This document shows, in pieces, positions 41,488-57,553 of a stretch of DNA of 64,000 nucleotides. Each line of letters opens with the position of its first letter. Position 1 is the first letter of the stretch. The notes under the pieces were generated by a model, which did no database searches, was not told the origin of the DNA, and was given only the letters and a program-made list of their open reading frames with translations. The translations under genes were made by a program, and so were the position numbers. Origin of the DNA: Trichinella spiralis (Eukaryota); contig NW_003526943.1 of the NCBI RefSeq assembly GCF_000181795.1, positions 4,243,228 to 4,307,227 of the forward strand. The letters run 5' to 3'.

Positions 41488-44400
41488 CTAATGTTGTTTG
41501 TTGATCGTATACAGAACAATGGCAGCATTTAATACAAGTACTGTTCCTGTTGTAGCAGCTGCAGTTGCGTAAGTCCAAGCTGGCCAACAATATAAAATAT
41601 TTGTATCATCATCTGCCGTACGACTTTGCCAGAGTGTATTAAATTCATGATTTGGTGCTGAAAAACATAAAATCATGGCGAATTATATGAACATATATAG
41701 AATGTTAAATATGATGTCGCTTGCCTGATTTAGCTTCGCTTGATTCCAAAACATCAAGAACCAGCAATGGAGTACTGGCTATATCCAGTGTGGTTTCCTT
41801 TTTTGTTGGGAGTTCCTGACGAAGAGATCTAGCGAGTCGATTGACTGCTGAGCACTTCGGTGGCTGAAATGCTATCATATTCAGTAACAGATTGGACAGT
41901 ATTATTAAAATTACGATATGTTCTTCACAGTCAGATTCGCCCCTGATGCATACGGATACTTGACATTCATACTGTACAGATTCTGTGTCCGGCAGTGATA
42001 CAACAGATGACTCAGCACTTACTAGCATTCTGTCTTTGTCATAAGAGATATTTTTCAAAAATGAATCTTTTGTTGGACAGCTATAATTATGATTACATTA
42101 AATATTATGCAGTACATATATTTTTTGGAAATAAGTTTCGAATTACCCATCAGCGTCGATCATGAGCACTTTTTTGTTTTCTGAACCTTTGAGATAACAA
42201 GAATGCACCCGCATCGCATATGCACTTTTACCGTCAACTTCAGCTTAAGAAGTTTAGAGTTGATTTTAAAATATTTTAAATTTATAATAATGTACATACA
42301 AGATTCACATTCCCATCTGTGCACAATACGGCTGCCTAGTCGAGCCCATCGCAGAAGTGGTCCATTGACTGTGTCTCGACGAATTGTGTACATACAGTCA
42401 GGCTTTTCTTTTACTTCTTTTTCCAAAGTACCAGCTGTTGTCAACGGTCTAAATATAATTTGCTCAAATGTTGGTCACCAATATGTTTGCAATGTTGATT
42501 TCAAAGTAGATAAAGCTATTTAATTTGTTAATAGTTTCACATTTACAAGACCTCGACAGAGAGAAAGCATTATTACATTTTTGTTATTTCTCATGTAAAA
42601 TTTTTTGTAATAAAAGAAAAGCAAGTAGAATTAATTTTCTTCTCATATGTCATATAATAACTGTTAAGTAAAAAAACATTGCTTACTCAACTTCTAATTG
42701 TTGATCTAGCGTAAGATCTTTGGTGCACAAGTGACACTGCAATCTCCACGCATGATCGCCAATTTGGAATAGTACAGGATGTTTCATCATGATTAACGTT
42801 ACTGCGAAAAACACGCCTTCGGGGTTTGTCTTAAAATTTTAAATAAAAATAAATAAATTAATTTATTTATTCATGAAGAAGAAGATTAAAAATAAATAAA
42901 AAAATATACAAACCGATCTCTTGGTGACAGCCCCGCATGTTTTCAAATCCACGGCGAGGTCGATACTCTTGGCTGAATAGTCTTTGTAATCCCAGGAACA
43001 GTCCGGGTTGCTTTGTTCACCTTTGACAAAGATTCTTCCTGTAAACGGGTTGCCATTTTTGATTTGAATTTTCATCTGTCCATTTTCGCATGTTGTGGAC
43101 AAATCAACATCCTTCACACTCTGACGTTCTCGGATAGTCGTCTGATCAACAGAACTTGTATTCATTTTTGGATTTCCCGTTTCAGCCCCACCCTCACCGG
43201 TTGTAATTGATGCTACAAGAATAAGATATTATATTTTTTGAATAAGACAATAGATACCATCTTTTCAAAATCAAAAGAAAACCAAATCACCGTCTGAACA
43301 CCTTTCGACTACGGTTTTTTGGATCAAATGGTGCAAATTTCTAGCAGCTTCATCAGAGCTGTTGGTTTCCCGAAAACGCAGAATGCGGTCCCGTCGACCA
43401 CCGGTCACTTGCAAAAGTTGTTCTTTGCTAATGAATTTTCCAATAGCAACAATAATTGGCTCGATGTTTCTAGCTCTGGCAACCATCGACGGCTGTGAAA
43501 CGTCATCTTGTGACAAGCCATCTGATAAAATGGCCAAAACGTTGGCTACGTTAGGTCTTTCTCCCTGAAAGAATTGCACGCTCAATATTCAATTCATTTA
43601 TTCAGTATTTAATTATTCAATTTACGAAAAAAGTTTTAGTGCTGTATTTTTTTACATTTGTCAAAATTTTTGTAGAAATAGATCAACGGCTTTCAATTTG
43701 CAAAAATTACAGAATAATTCTTTTAGTAATTTTTTCTGTGGCAATTTGAAATAATAACAGAACATGCTTTAACAAGCATATGTGCACAATTTTCAATTCC
43801 TAATAGAATTTTATAAAAAGCGACTTTCATTAAATTTGTCATTGCTTTTGGAACATGTTGCTATAATGACTGCAGTACTGTTTTTTGAATGGAAAGTCAA
43901 ATTACAACTGACCCACTACTAACATAGTTTTTTATAATTGCTTAGATCGATAAATCTTTTTTAAATTTTTTTCAGAAAGCTATTATATCAATATAATAAC
44001 AAATTTAATTGAATTTGTAGGAATGCTATTCAATCAAACTCAACTTTTTGTAACATAAAAGAATAAAACTATAATACATATTATGTTCATTTTGCTATTA
44101 TTCATTGTAATATTTTGCTTGACAAGTAAAATGATCGATCAAACTCATCTTTTTAAATAGATAGTAAATGCATTTGCAAATTTGAATACTTCAAAATTAT
44201 CAATTTTATACCTTTGAAGGAATGAATTCTTTATCAGCAACGTGTTGAATAGCTTGACCAAGATGTGTAACACCCGTTATGTGTTTGAGATTTCCAATGC
44301 GGTCGATGAGGCTTGTTCTGTTCGAATAATGGGCCAAATCAAACTCAGCTTTGGGATGACCAGTGAACTGGACAATGCCCACACGAGTATCGTCTGGACC

Positions 44401-45723
44401 GATGTTTAACAAACCAACCGTAGAACCGATCAGATGCGTCAATTTGGTAAAGTTGCGTCGCTCCACACTAGTAGAACTGTCAATCAAAAAAATCAAATCC
44501 GTCTTGTCTTCTGGGCATAATACACCTAAAATATAGTAATAATTGAAGTCATTTGAAAAAAACATTATTTAAAACATTGATTTAAATATAAATTATATAA
44601 AAAGATCATGAATATATTTTGAAAGTATTTGTATGAATACGGACAATGCTTGAAAGATTTTATTTTCATTTTATTAATTCATAAGTCTACGATGTAAAAT
44701 GTTCATAAAAGTTCATCAAAATAAGTGAAAATATTACGTTAAGTTAAAAATACTTTTTGTAATCATTTTATGAAAAAATATCGTAAAAATAAATGAATTC
44801 AAAATGTAGAAATAAAATTTAAATTTGCTCATAATTTTTATGAAAATTAACTACTTATGAAATATTGGTTTATCAAAAGTTGCTAACGGAAAGTCACATG
44901 TCAGAATCAAGACTGTAAAAACTGACAATAGAATATTTCCTATGCAAAGTGTAAATAGATTGGTCGAATATTTAGCGGAAGTTATCTTCATTATTACGGT
45001 AATCATGATTGAAAAAGTTTTTGCTGAAAAGCCCTTTAAAGTCATTACAAAGGTTCAAAATGCACAGCTTTACAAAAAAAACAATCTATCTGGCATTTCA
45101 AAGTTTATCTGACCTTGCACTAAAAAAATCAAGTTTTGCAGGTGGTCAAAAGAGCAGTTACCCTTGGAAGTGTATTGTTTTTTGCAAAGAATTTTTCAGT
45201 TGCAACGGTTTCAAAGCAGTATGAATCATAGAAATATCATAAAAACAATTTTGAAGTCTCTTGCGTTGAACGAATTTATTTTAAAAATTATATACAAATT
45301 TATCTTATAAACTGAAATGCAAAAAGTAATACTGTAGTCGTTCAATTACCTCATGTACGAAAGGCATGCGCTTTCATATTGCGAGTGTCTGACATATGAA
45401 AAGTTATACGAGCGTTTTAAATCGCAGCTGATTCTTTAATTTTGAAGTAAATTGAAAGTATTCATTTGAGCAACGTGATTGTTTATTTTTATATTAAATT
45501 TAATATTATAAAACCTTCTAAAATGCATAATATGATGCAAAAGCACTTACCGTTTTGCGCAGCATTTGCAAATTTGAGTAGCTGAAAATGATTTCCAATA
45601 GTAGTTTAAAAAATTGCGAAATATTCAGATTGAAGAATATTTTACCTCAGTAAAAAGCAGTAAAACAATGACTAGAGTTTGAATGAAAGCGCTGGATTTT
45701 ACTCTGTCGACGATGATTAGCAT
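41488..45723 (-). CDS. cut-6: Cuticlin with signal peptide, vWA domain, ZP domain, basic cleavage site and C-terminal TM helix (CUT-6-like architecture)
   Basis: Exon 45646-45723 encodes a hydrophobic leader. The vWA domain has DLIFLIDSSTS (MIDAS DxSxS), TRVGIVQF and ILSDGLSQD. The ZP domain has CENGQM..FTGRIFVKG..C, PDCMYTIRRD..GP..HRWECE, GCPTKD and VQYECQVSVC. NRLARSLR and the hydrophobic TGTVLVLNAAIVLY precede TAG at 41488-41490. The symbol is based on domain architecture, not tested orthology. Confidence 0.85.
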
Positions 45724-48700
45724 ATTTCACTTCGCACCGGTGAACGACCAATTATGAAGAAGTGACAATAAGCATTCGATGTTGTCGCCTGAACAGAAGG
45801 GAAATTTTTCACACAAATGACAAATACATTTTCAAGAGTTTCAGTTTAAGAGAGAGAGAAAGACAATTCCAGTTAGCCGCAATTAAAATAGCTCAATCGT
45901 GCAAATGCAATCATGATGGTGCAAAAGAAAAGAGTGCAAGGATTTTTTTGCAAAACGTCCGAACGGCACTTGTCAAAGAATCCAAGCCGGCTTTAAGGCA
46001 AGTAATTTTGAAAATTTTTCCAATCGTTTCACATTTTCTCGTTTAATGACCAAATAAACAAGAAAAACGGACAACAAAGCAAGTAAATAAAGCAGAAAGC
46101 CAACAAGCTCATTTGGGTGAAAAATGGTGGATGATTTTTAAGAGTAAAATTTGTAAAACAAAAGTGAAATTGAAAGAAGACGGGAAGAGTGTGAGAAGAT
46201 TAAAATAGATTGCTCAAAAATTTGTTTCACTTCAAATATAAGAAGATGCCACTTCGACTGTCACCCTGTGTGCCAGAAGGAATGAATTGCTCACGTTTCA
46301 TTGACTGATCGACGGTTCAGTTATGATTCAGAGCAGTGCAAAGAAAAATCACCATAGAACAAATAAAGCAGGTCGCTGATGTAAAATACCCAGGGTCAAC
46401 TTGTTCTCCAGTAAAGGCAACCGATTAACTGGTCTCCTCTTCCTCTAGGCATCGAAGCTCACCAGCGGTATAATATTAAATTTTCAAAATTTTGGCAAAA
46501 GCATCAATTTAGCGGAAATTTCAAATAAACGCAAAAATATGCTATTCAGCAATGGTTGCTTTGGAAAGAAATGACGTCTCGTCAACGTGATTGACCAACT
46601 TTTCATCATGTAGCTTTTGTATTTTTAGTTTGCTCATTTTGACATTCCAGATCTTAGCAGTGTCCTTGGAAAGCGAAAAATGCAATTTCAAACTTATGTT
46701 TTACAAGAACAATGCTCTTTATAACACGTGACGATCATTTAAAACTTTTGCCAGCCAACAAAAACGTGCAACGTTTATTTCAATTTGTATACTTACAAAT
46801 TGCCATTTTCAATTAATCTTATTTATCATCAAATTTTTCGAAACTTTAATTACAACGCAAAATTATCTGCAAATATTTACACGACTTTATTATGCTTCAA
46901 GGCTGTGAAGAACTGCTTTATAAATGCGCATCTGAACTGGCCACTGTAAAAAACACAAGTGAACATTTAATGGCCATGTTGTAATAATGGACTGATGTTT
47001 TACTGATGTAGTTAAAGTTGAGGCAATAAACTTTTATGAATTTTTGACACTTTTTTACTTATTGGCCAAAATAACTTTTGAAACATTTTAATTCATGTTT
47101 TCCATTTTTTGTACACTACAATGTTTAACTACTGCCTACTGTAATGAAACAGTATGTATGCATGATATATTATTTTAAAAGTCATGTCCCCTTAATATTT
47201 TTATATTTATTGTAAATAAAGTCAAAATGCAATATACATAACTACATATACTAGAATGGCTTTATGGTAACTAGATATCACATTATCTTTATTATTAATA
47301 TTAATCATTTGATCAATCAGATAGACTGATAAGATTTCAATGTATAAAATGTACAAATACAAGTACTGCTGCATACATATTCTACAAATTATACACATTA
47401 AATGAAATTCTTGAAGTTATTTCAATTTATATGGCAATTTTTATTAGTTGCTTTGTGTATTAACACTCTTGACCAATCAAATCTTAAAAAATAATTGGTT
47501 TGTTGCTAAATGAATAATTTTTAATATGAACCATGATCTTCTTAATAACTAATTACTCGATGAATCTTCTTTATTTATCCAAAATAGCTAATAAAGTATA
47601 AATTGTATTGAAAAACATTCAACTTACAATTTAACGATTTATTTACAATTTTTATTTACAAAAAAATGATTTTTGTAATGTATTTTTGTTTAATTCGTTG
47701 TTATTGTTAATAATTTCACTTCTTTGCTGATGTTCTTTGTAAAAGGTGTTCAAAAAAATAATTATTGCTGCTTTTGTGCCAATTTATTATAAATTTTGTT
47801 GAATAATTTCAAACAAATTTTCTTAAAAATTCAAATCATAAGTATAGGTAGATTTTTTTTATTTCCTAGCAAGCTGTGCGTCAGAGATATCAAGTTCTTT
47901 ATCATTACATCCATTGCAAGTGTATTAGAAACATTAAATGTTAGGTTTATTTCCTAAGTTTTACATTCTGTATAACGAATTGAATATTATTATAAAAATA
48001 TGTTGAATATCTGTTTATTCAAAAACAGAAATTTGGTTGAATTTAAAATGCCTTCATTACAAATTTTAAAAACAACGCATGAAATAAATCACTGATAAGT
48101 TTATTTAGTAAAAATAAAAATATGAATCTGACAATATTATGATTGGTAAACCTTATTCTTCTACGTTTTGCCAAACACATGACTGAGCTAGCTTCATTCT
48201 TTGTTGGAATGATCGCCTTGGGTAAGAAATAGCCAGAGAATGTTGAATGCTTCATCTAAACTCTCATCAACGCTGTCACAACTATGCAGCAAGAGTTAAT
48301 AATTTCTTCACTTCCTCATTTTTGACAACTCGATAGCAATTTGCAGCTGTCATCTTGGCAAAAGAAAGCATCTTGGAGAACGGCGTAAAAGGTATGGGAA
48401 AATTTATTGTCACTTTACTTTACTATTGATCCCCACTTTTTAAGTATAATTAATCACCAAATCATAAACAATTCCAGACAAGTGACTTTACAGTAATATT
48501 CCAATATTTCAACGCCATATGTATGCAATATTATGCTACCGTTTTTTGCAAAAGGATCAGAAGGTTTAATTAATATAAAACTATGCTGATTTGATATTGT
48601 GTTCACCAAAATTATGCTAAGCATGTTTATTACTTTATTTATTAATCTTTGTTTGGAATAATTCAATTTAAAAAGTGTGCAAAAGTATGACAATTGTAAT

Positions 48701-51700
48701 TTTCATTTTAAGTTTGAAACAGTTCTGCAATTATTAATTTGTCAATCATATTACTTTTGATATTAATATCAACAGCTGTAATAACTTTTCTAAAATTAAT
48801 GCTGATATATACAAATTAATAGAAAAAATTGAATTTTTATTCATTGCACTGCTTAAGGAGTACGAATGAATAAATTATGTGGAGCAGAGTTTTAATGAAA
48901 ACTTCTCACGCATTTAATGACGCTTTCGTATCTTTTGTTGATTGATAAATTCAAAAAAGTCTACTTCGCTTTCAATTTATTCAACTACATTTGATGTTTC
49001 AAGTGTTGAAAAAAAATTTTCAATTTTTTGCTGATCACCTGACATATGAAGACTTGATTTACTATACTACTGCTAAAAGCTAAAGTTTTCAAATCAATAA
49101 ACGAATGAAATAAACCTTTTGTTTTCTCAGATTTATAATATTCATGTGCAATAATGATGCGATGTATAATTCTGTGCATTACGATTTTAGTACGATGAAT
49201 TTTGTTGTTGCTAAATAAGATCGAAACAAAAAATGAATATTTTATAATGCGCAAAAATTATTCTCTATAATCATCAAAAACACAATAAACTTCAGGTTTT
49301 ACTTTTTCATTTTCAAATTGCCATTCAGTCAATCAAGTATTACAATTATAAAGTGAACTGTCCAGCAAATTAGATTGTTTTCATATTTTAGCAAAAAATC
49401 GTGGCTGTGGCCAGTTGCCATTGGCTGTCTACAATAGCATGCTGCATTGTTGAAAAAGAAGCCAAATCCAAAGTGCAAATGCTCTTTGACATAGTGGTTG
49501 CGTTCAAGCAAATTGAATAATGACCAGCTAATTAATCATCAGCAATAGCCCCTACTTGCCATGATGGATTAATTAATTAATCAAGGATTCTAAACTTATG
49601 TAAATGAACAAAATTTGCCTATTTTTTATAAATGGAAATGTTTCAATTTTTGCTTTACCACAAACTTGCTGAAAAAAAGAAATTGCACCGTATGTGAACT
49701 GCATTTTTCAAAAATTTTGGTAAGTTTTTTTGAAGCTTGAAATGCAAGCTCAAGCACTGCATAAATGCTTGAGAATTCAGCATGTTCAGTGATTTAGCAG
49801 TTTTCAAGCACGGATATAAATTTGAAAAACAAACTGTGTCTAAATTTAGAGTAAATATGATACAATGATCAATCAAACAAAAATATTTCATCAAAGCATA
49901 CCGCATCATGTGGCAATGGTACTTCTTCAGAATGTACATATCATACAAAATATGCATCTTACTGTATAAATATTGACGGATGTCTTTGTTTCTAAGGTTT
50001 TTTTGTTCTTTTAAAGCCACGTCCTGTTTGAAAAGAATTTAATTTATTTAAAATCAGTGACGAGTCGATGGCAAATAAATCTCAACTGATCAAAATCTAC
50101 CTATTCCTAGTTGTATGTTAGACGATCTGACAGGAAGCTAATGTATGTTTTTTATTACTCTCTGGTAAGTTTTAAAGTTATCGTTTCTTAAACTTAAATA
50201 AAAGGCATTGTTTTTTTGAATATAGGGTCATAAAATTTTTTTGAATATTACTTTTACTGTTTTCATTAAGTATACTGTTTAAATTTAACAAAATTATCCT
50301 CACGTTAATTTTTTGCACTAATAATTAATGTTTACAATATCGTGAACTATTTTTTTAACTTTAAAAATATTAAATTGCAATTACTACGGAAAATTGTTAA
50401 TTCCTTTAAATCATTTCATGTACTATTTCAAAATTAAAAATTCTCACTGTGCTTTTTCTGTAAAAGCTTTGTCATAGTTGTTAGTATAAATATATAATTG
50501 GTGATTAAAATGGACAAATTTCTGTTTTCCTTATTAGTTAGTTATATTAAATGTTATCATTTATTTCATTCAGTAATTTCAGTAAAAATTTTTAGCTATA
50601 TTTTAATTTTTGAGGAAGCGATCTTAACTGTTTTGAAAAATTTCCTTAATGCATTGTATTTATGAAATAATATCTGGAAAAATTATTTAACTACGCTAAT
50701 GCTTGCAGTTGTTGATCAAATTATAAAATTTATATTACTGTACATCTAAGGAAAAGAGTAAACATTTTTAAGGCTAATTATTTAAATCTTATAATATTTT
50801 GATTTTTGAGAATAATACATTAAACTTATTATTAATTTTTTTACAATAATTTAATTACAAGTATTAATTTTTCATTAATTAAAATAAAGAAATATGAATT
50901 ATGCTTCTACATTTGTGTGGCTTTCTTTTGATCTGTTACTACTTTTTCAATGCAATTCAGTTTTCATTATTCTCAGATTGTATTTAGAACATATTCACAT
51001 ATTTAAATCATATCTACCATAAATATTGAAAGCAGAAAGCAATGAGATAATTTTTTAATTTCGAAAAAGCTACTCAAATTTAAATGCTTAAGTATTTGAT
51101 GTATTTAATGTATTGGCTTTTAAAATAACACTTTTTGATTATTGTTAATCACAATACATATTAATATAAAAAAGGATATTTGGTTTCACTGTTTATTTAT
51201 TTAGTTTTTTTCTGTTCAGCATTCCTCAGTTGTTTATATTTAAGCAAATTTAAGCTTGAAATTTAAAATCTACATAAATACTATTGAATGTTTTTCAGAT
51301 TTCATCATTGCAGAATAAATACATTATTGATTTATAAAACTTAAAATTACTGTCGTACATCATTACTGGGCTTTATTTTTTGAACGTTAAGAAAACTCAA
51401 TTATGTTTGAAAATTGTTGCATCAGATATTGCATTTCTTCTAATTGAGATGAAATAGTTTATTTTTAAGATAAATGAATTTCATGCTGAACATGCAAATT
51501 ACTTCACAGTTCACACTATTTGATTATGCAAGCTGTAGATCTTCATCATTGGTAGATTCAGCATTCTCTGAGCAATGCGTGTTGAGAAAATATAGATTTT
51601 TACTTTTGACAAGTTGGAACTGAATGTAATTTATTTTGTAATTTATTTTTAATAATTAATAAATTTTGTGTATCATGTATCATGAAGGCAGCTTTGGTTT

Positions 51701-54700
51701 TATAAATGGATGCATTTATCAAATTATTTTTAATTTTGTTCTTAAAAATTCTAAATAATAAAGTGCATCAAGAAAATTAGCAGCTGGTAAAAATCATTTT
51801 TAAAGATTTTTCAAACTCATCTAGCTTGCAGCTGATTGCTTATTTTAAAAATATGCAAATTTGTTTAATATTTAAAATTTTTTGACTAAAATTATCAGTA
51901 TTTTACAATATGTGGTAATTTAAGAAATATTAAATTATAAATAAGTTTTTAATGTTTCAAAGTTGTGCTTTGAAATCATTGTTGTTATTATTATTTACTT
52001 TTGATATTGTAATAATACATATATTATTGCTATTTTATTAATATTACTGTAAAGCATCACTATTCATTGTTAAATGGTTTGTTTAAAATTGAAACAGGGC
52101 ACATGATGATATGAAGTATTAATGGTTGACATAATTTTTGTTTAAAATTGACTGGACAAGCTTTATTTTTCTGTTTAAATATTATTAGATGTACTTGATA
52201 AATAATACAGTTGTTTTTATAAAAATAAAAGTTACAGCTTTAATTATAGAAGATATATGCAAGTTATTTTAAAATTTATTGTCAAATATTATATATATTT
52301 TTTAAAATAATATTTGAACATTACAAAATAATAAAGGAAACAACTGCAAAAAAATGAAGCAGTTTCCTATTTAAACTTGAAAGATGAAAAGTGTTTTTTG
52401 CAATTTAAGATACTTAAGATCCACTATATTCAAATATGAACATATTACAAATTTTGCCTTATTAGAAATCTTTGAAATATCAATGTAGTATTATATATTC
52501 ATGAACGATTCCAGCTGCTGAAATAAGATATTTTGTGATGACTGAATTATTACTTAATTATTAGAGTTCTATTTAGCAAAATATACACTTACGTGGGAAT
52601 TACATTTTTGATGCAGTTATCCATCATGCAGTTACTGTGTGCACTGATAAGACATTTAATTAAAAAAAGAAGAAAATGAAAGAAACATCTTAATGATTAC
52701 TGTTTTATAATTTATTTTGAAAAAAAATGTTTTTAATTAAAAAGTATAATTATGAACAGCTGAGTGAATGAAAATGAAAAATTTTTTATCAGTTCTATGA
52801 TAACATTAATGAAGTTCATCACACAAGAACCATCCATAAATAATGTTTTGCATTATTAAGTTTTTATTTTTGTCATATAATATTGAATTATTTTAATCAG
52901 CAATGCAAAGAAAAAATTATTTCTTCTGCCTGACTGTGAAGATTTAGCTGGAAACTTTACTGAAATGTTATATGTGAAAGTTATGCTAATTTTGAAGATT
53001 CACGTGAAATATTGATTAATTTAATAATTATGTGTTGTATTATGAAGTTTCAACTAATTTTATCAAGCTTCTTTTTCCAAAACATCAATATAGGTTCTTT
53101 TCTATTCGAAGAATTAAATTTCATCTTTAAATATTACTCTATATTAGAAATTGTATAATTTTTGTTATTTGTTTTATTGGCTTAAATCACACATTCGATC
53201 TTAAATTGTTCAAAACAAAAAATAAAATTGCGCAGTTTCACCAAAATTTATTTTCATATAAAATTTCTGTTGTCATTTGAAATAAAAAATTCAGTTAGAA
53301 AAAGAATCATGCATTGGAATGGAAAATAAGTTTAAAAATTATGCATAATAATTTTAAATTTATATAAATTTTTTATCACAGTAATAAATTGCAAATAAAA
53401 TGTTTGGTCTTAAATTTTGCTTCTTTTTATTTTTTTATTAAAAATGTTCAGAAGTGATGCGTTTTACTTTTGATTGATTATTATATAACCGATGAAAATA
53501 GGTCTTTTTATAATTTCTATCAACATTAAATTATTCTATACATAAATATTATCTAATAGAGAGGGATATCACAAGTATTGAATGAAGCTCATCATTATTT
53601 CAAAAATCTGAAACCAACTTGGAAAATTCTGTAAATTTATTTCAAATGAGAAACGTGATTTTTCAAATTATTCAATTTGACAAATTGCGGTATATTTTTA
53701 AAAATCAATACAATTCTAGAAAAATTGTGTTTCTTTTCATTTTCATCTTCAACATCATCTTCATATTCTTATTAACAGAATCTGTTTATAAAAAGTGAAA
53801 ATAAAATCAGCATCTGACTTGTCATTGGAAAGTGCCTTTATAGTAGGTGATAAATAAACTGAATGTTTATTCCTTAGTTGTACAAAGCAAGCAATTCAAG
53901 ACAATATTTATTTACCAGATGCATTTCAACAACAACTGACAGATACGCCAGTGCATTCATACACGCATATTGCATTGACCATTACAATTCCGGCAAGTGC
54001 AAGTAAGTGGAATTCACAAATAAGTCATTGTTTGCCATGCTGATTTTATGAGAAATTTTATATCGTTTTCATTTTGAAAATTATTTAAATTTTGGTCATA
54101 TTGGTTTGAAATTGGCAAAATTGTTTGAAAATATGCTTTCAATAGGAACAGTTTAAAGGATGACAGCAAACTTAAGAGAGAAACAGGAGCATCTTAACGA
54201 TCAAAAATTGCATCATATGGCAAACTATAAATTCAAAAATAGCTAATAAGCAGCAGATAATAATTAAAAATACATGCCTTAGTATTTTATATTTTGTAAG
54301 CTTAAAATTAATTTTAATTTATTTGATTTGAGCATTTTATTTTTATTTCCGCATTTGGAAAAACATTTCATTTATTTACATTTTCCCTCATTGTATTTTT
54401 TAATTTGTTAATTTTATGATGAAAATAATTTTGCACAATAAACTACACATTTTTCGAGGAATTTCATAAAATTTTGCACAAATTTTCTTAAAGAAAGCAA
54501 AATAAAATTTACAAAAGTGAAAAATGGAGCAAACATTTTATTTAAAATGCCATTTCAATTTAATTTTGGCATAATTATATGGTTTGATTTTTAATTTCAG
54601 TCAAATCAGATCAGGTGACTAGTCGGTTAGCTATATATCAAATATACGCAAATAAACAGTTTTCATTGAAATAATCCGCAGTACTTCTAGTAAAAGCAAA

Positions 54701-57553
54701 TAAACACGAATATGTTCTTCTACTACTTTTCTGAAGCAACTAAATTTGATTATTTAAATGCACCGAATTAAATCTGCAAATGTGAGTAAATATTTCATGC
54801 ATTTTTTTGAATTTATGTATCCTGTACATGTTTATAAAACTGTTTTGATATTTTCAAACTGCATGTAAGCAAATTATGCAAAGTAAATCGTACATTTCTG
54901 TTTTGTAAAGTCGATATTTTGAAATGTAATGTTCATATGAAAATTAACTTTTAGTTTGTATCAATGTTACAGTGTGTGGGGATTTCTGTTTATGAGCTTG
55001 TTGTTTATTAATTTAGTATATTAACATTTTGAACAGATGGAAAATTGTCGTCTTCGTCATTTTATTAAATGAATGGTGGTAAATTATTCATTGCCTTAAA
55101 CCGTTAGAATTATACGCACAGAAGATTAATAATGCTACTTTCGTCATAGGTAATACGCTAATATTAGCTAATGTCTGCCAACCGAGTTTTTACATATATA
55201 CTTATATATGCATATATTATTTCGTTAAAGCATTTCTAATGCATGTAAGTGGCGCATTCAAATTTCATATATCAAATATTTTGGAAACTTATGATCTATT
55301 TTACCATTTCACTGTTAGTCATTACTTTATCATTAATATTTTGGAAATCTTTTTTCATTAAGAAATAAACATGAGTGTTGCTTATTACAATTTTTCAAAT
55401 TAAAATTTGTACATTTTATTCATTCTTATAACTCTGCAACATATTTGTAAAAGAAATTGATTGAAATATCGAAAATTATCAACAGCCAATGCGTGTTCAA
55501 TCAGCATGAAAGGTAATCAATGAATAAGTTATAATTTTCATGATTGTAAAGTGAAATTGTTATTTGAATTGAAATTTTATTTTTTTTCTGTAATGTACTG
55601 TTTGTTAAAAGTAGCAGTGCTTGATGAATGGAATGAAGTGAAATAAATATAATTGCAGAGTTTTTTTGATTCTTAATTCTTTAATTTTCAGTTTAAATTT
55701 TATTCATATTATTTAATACAGTTGATCTCTTCAAATTATTGGTGGTAAAACAACCTGTCATCACAGTCAATTTGTTTAACTTGATCTAATAAACACCAAC
55801 AGAAGGGTTTCATTATTTGGACGAGTCAATAGCACCGTAAGACATCGTTTAAACTGATGCACATGGCCGGGGAGATCGATGCGGAAGTCGATCAGCTTAG
55901 CGCTTTCAAAATGGTCAAATTTGGCTCAGGACTTTCCATATCAAAAGATAGTTGACGTTCGATTCAAAATTATCCATGCACTATTATTGATGCATGGTCA
56001 ATTATTCTTAATAGATGCCATAATGGCTGATGGTAGAAAGAAGTCTTTGATAAAGTGCTCCCTGAAAGTTATTTAATCATTGCGGATCCGCATGCCGTCA
56101 AGCTGTTGTTACACTGTACTGATGTGTGAGATTCGGTTTTACTCGAGCTGGCAACTTTCGAGCCCGTAAGCTGTTCAAGTACTGTTATTGATTGATGGAA
56201 AAGCTTATGCATTTCTAATTAGGCCTGAAATTTTTAACTGTTTTCCTGAAAGTTGAAGTTCACAGTGCAGCTAGCTCATCATCACTTCTTTCTGAACTTG
56301 CTTTACATGCTTCAGCTGAAACAATCTGTTTATCATACTTTGAAAAATTAAGTCAGCAATGCTAAATGGCATGATCATTGATAGCAATTGTCAATTAATA
56401 ATCTTTGTTTTCTTTTTAAATAGAATTATGATATATTATCCACGTGGCAGTGATTTAAAAATAAAAAAATCATCTTTACAATCGTTTTTTATGACTGTGC
56501 ATTCTGTGTTGAACATTAGAATGAACAGTATATTTTATTTTGTGTATAGTTTTCACAGAACTAAATATTTTGACGCAACAGTTATTTCTGTGCAAAGCAA
56601 CTTTTTCTATCAGCATATCTCACGGCTAATATAAAGTTTTTGCAATTTATAATTGCATTTATATAATACTTTACTTCAAATATTGCTATGCAGTGTTTCA
56701 TATTTTGCAACATACTAATTAAAGAACTAATAATTTTCTCATAATTTTGCTTATATTAAAAAACGGTTGTAAATCATGATTGTATTCTTAAATTTATGAA
56801 TTTAAATATGTAAGTTATAAAAGAAAATTATTTCACAATTTATTAATCAATAAACAAACAGATAGTTAAGGACAATTGCAATAGCGGTATATAATGAGTG
56901 AAATGATCAGCTGTTGAAAATGGAACTTAGTATAAAGTGAACTGCATTATTGTTGCAGTGAATTTAAATGAAGCGCAATCACAGAATGTAATGTGAAGAG
57001 ACGGTATAACGACCTTTGAAATTGATCTCACGTGAAATGTATTGTTATGTTGCAATTGGAAACTTTTCCCGTTACATTTTCATGCTTATTCCTTTCAGTT
57101 TTACTTCTGATTAGCCAAAGTTATTTATATCCAGTAAATTTACTTAGTGAGTGATGTAAAATTAAATTAACTACATTCAAACTGTGTCTTATAAATAATT
57201 ATACAATTAACAAACATTTTATCAACAGTTATCTTGAAAAATAAAATTTTGGCGATTATTTCAGCTTAAATTATAATTTTTAATTATTACCTATACTGAT
57301 TGCTTTTAATAATATTTTTTACATCAAAGAAAATTTGCTAATGTTGTGTGAAGTTTTCCAAGTTTATAGTATAAAAATTGCTTCTAAAATCAAAATTAAG
57401 CATATTATATGAAAAATGGAAGCATAATTAGCTTATTTCCTGTTTAGAAATCCAAGATTCAGTGCAGTTTGACAATATTTTGATTTTTCGTGTCCGTCTC
57501 ATACTTCACATTGATAAATGTCACAGATGCATCAATATGAATAACATTTTCCT

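Noticed and set aside
53909..53920. TATTTACCAGAT resembling part of a clade I spliced leader (recalled from memory, unverified)
   Set aside because: Short AT-rich match with no following splice donor or Sm site; similar strings occur elsewhere in the window.
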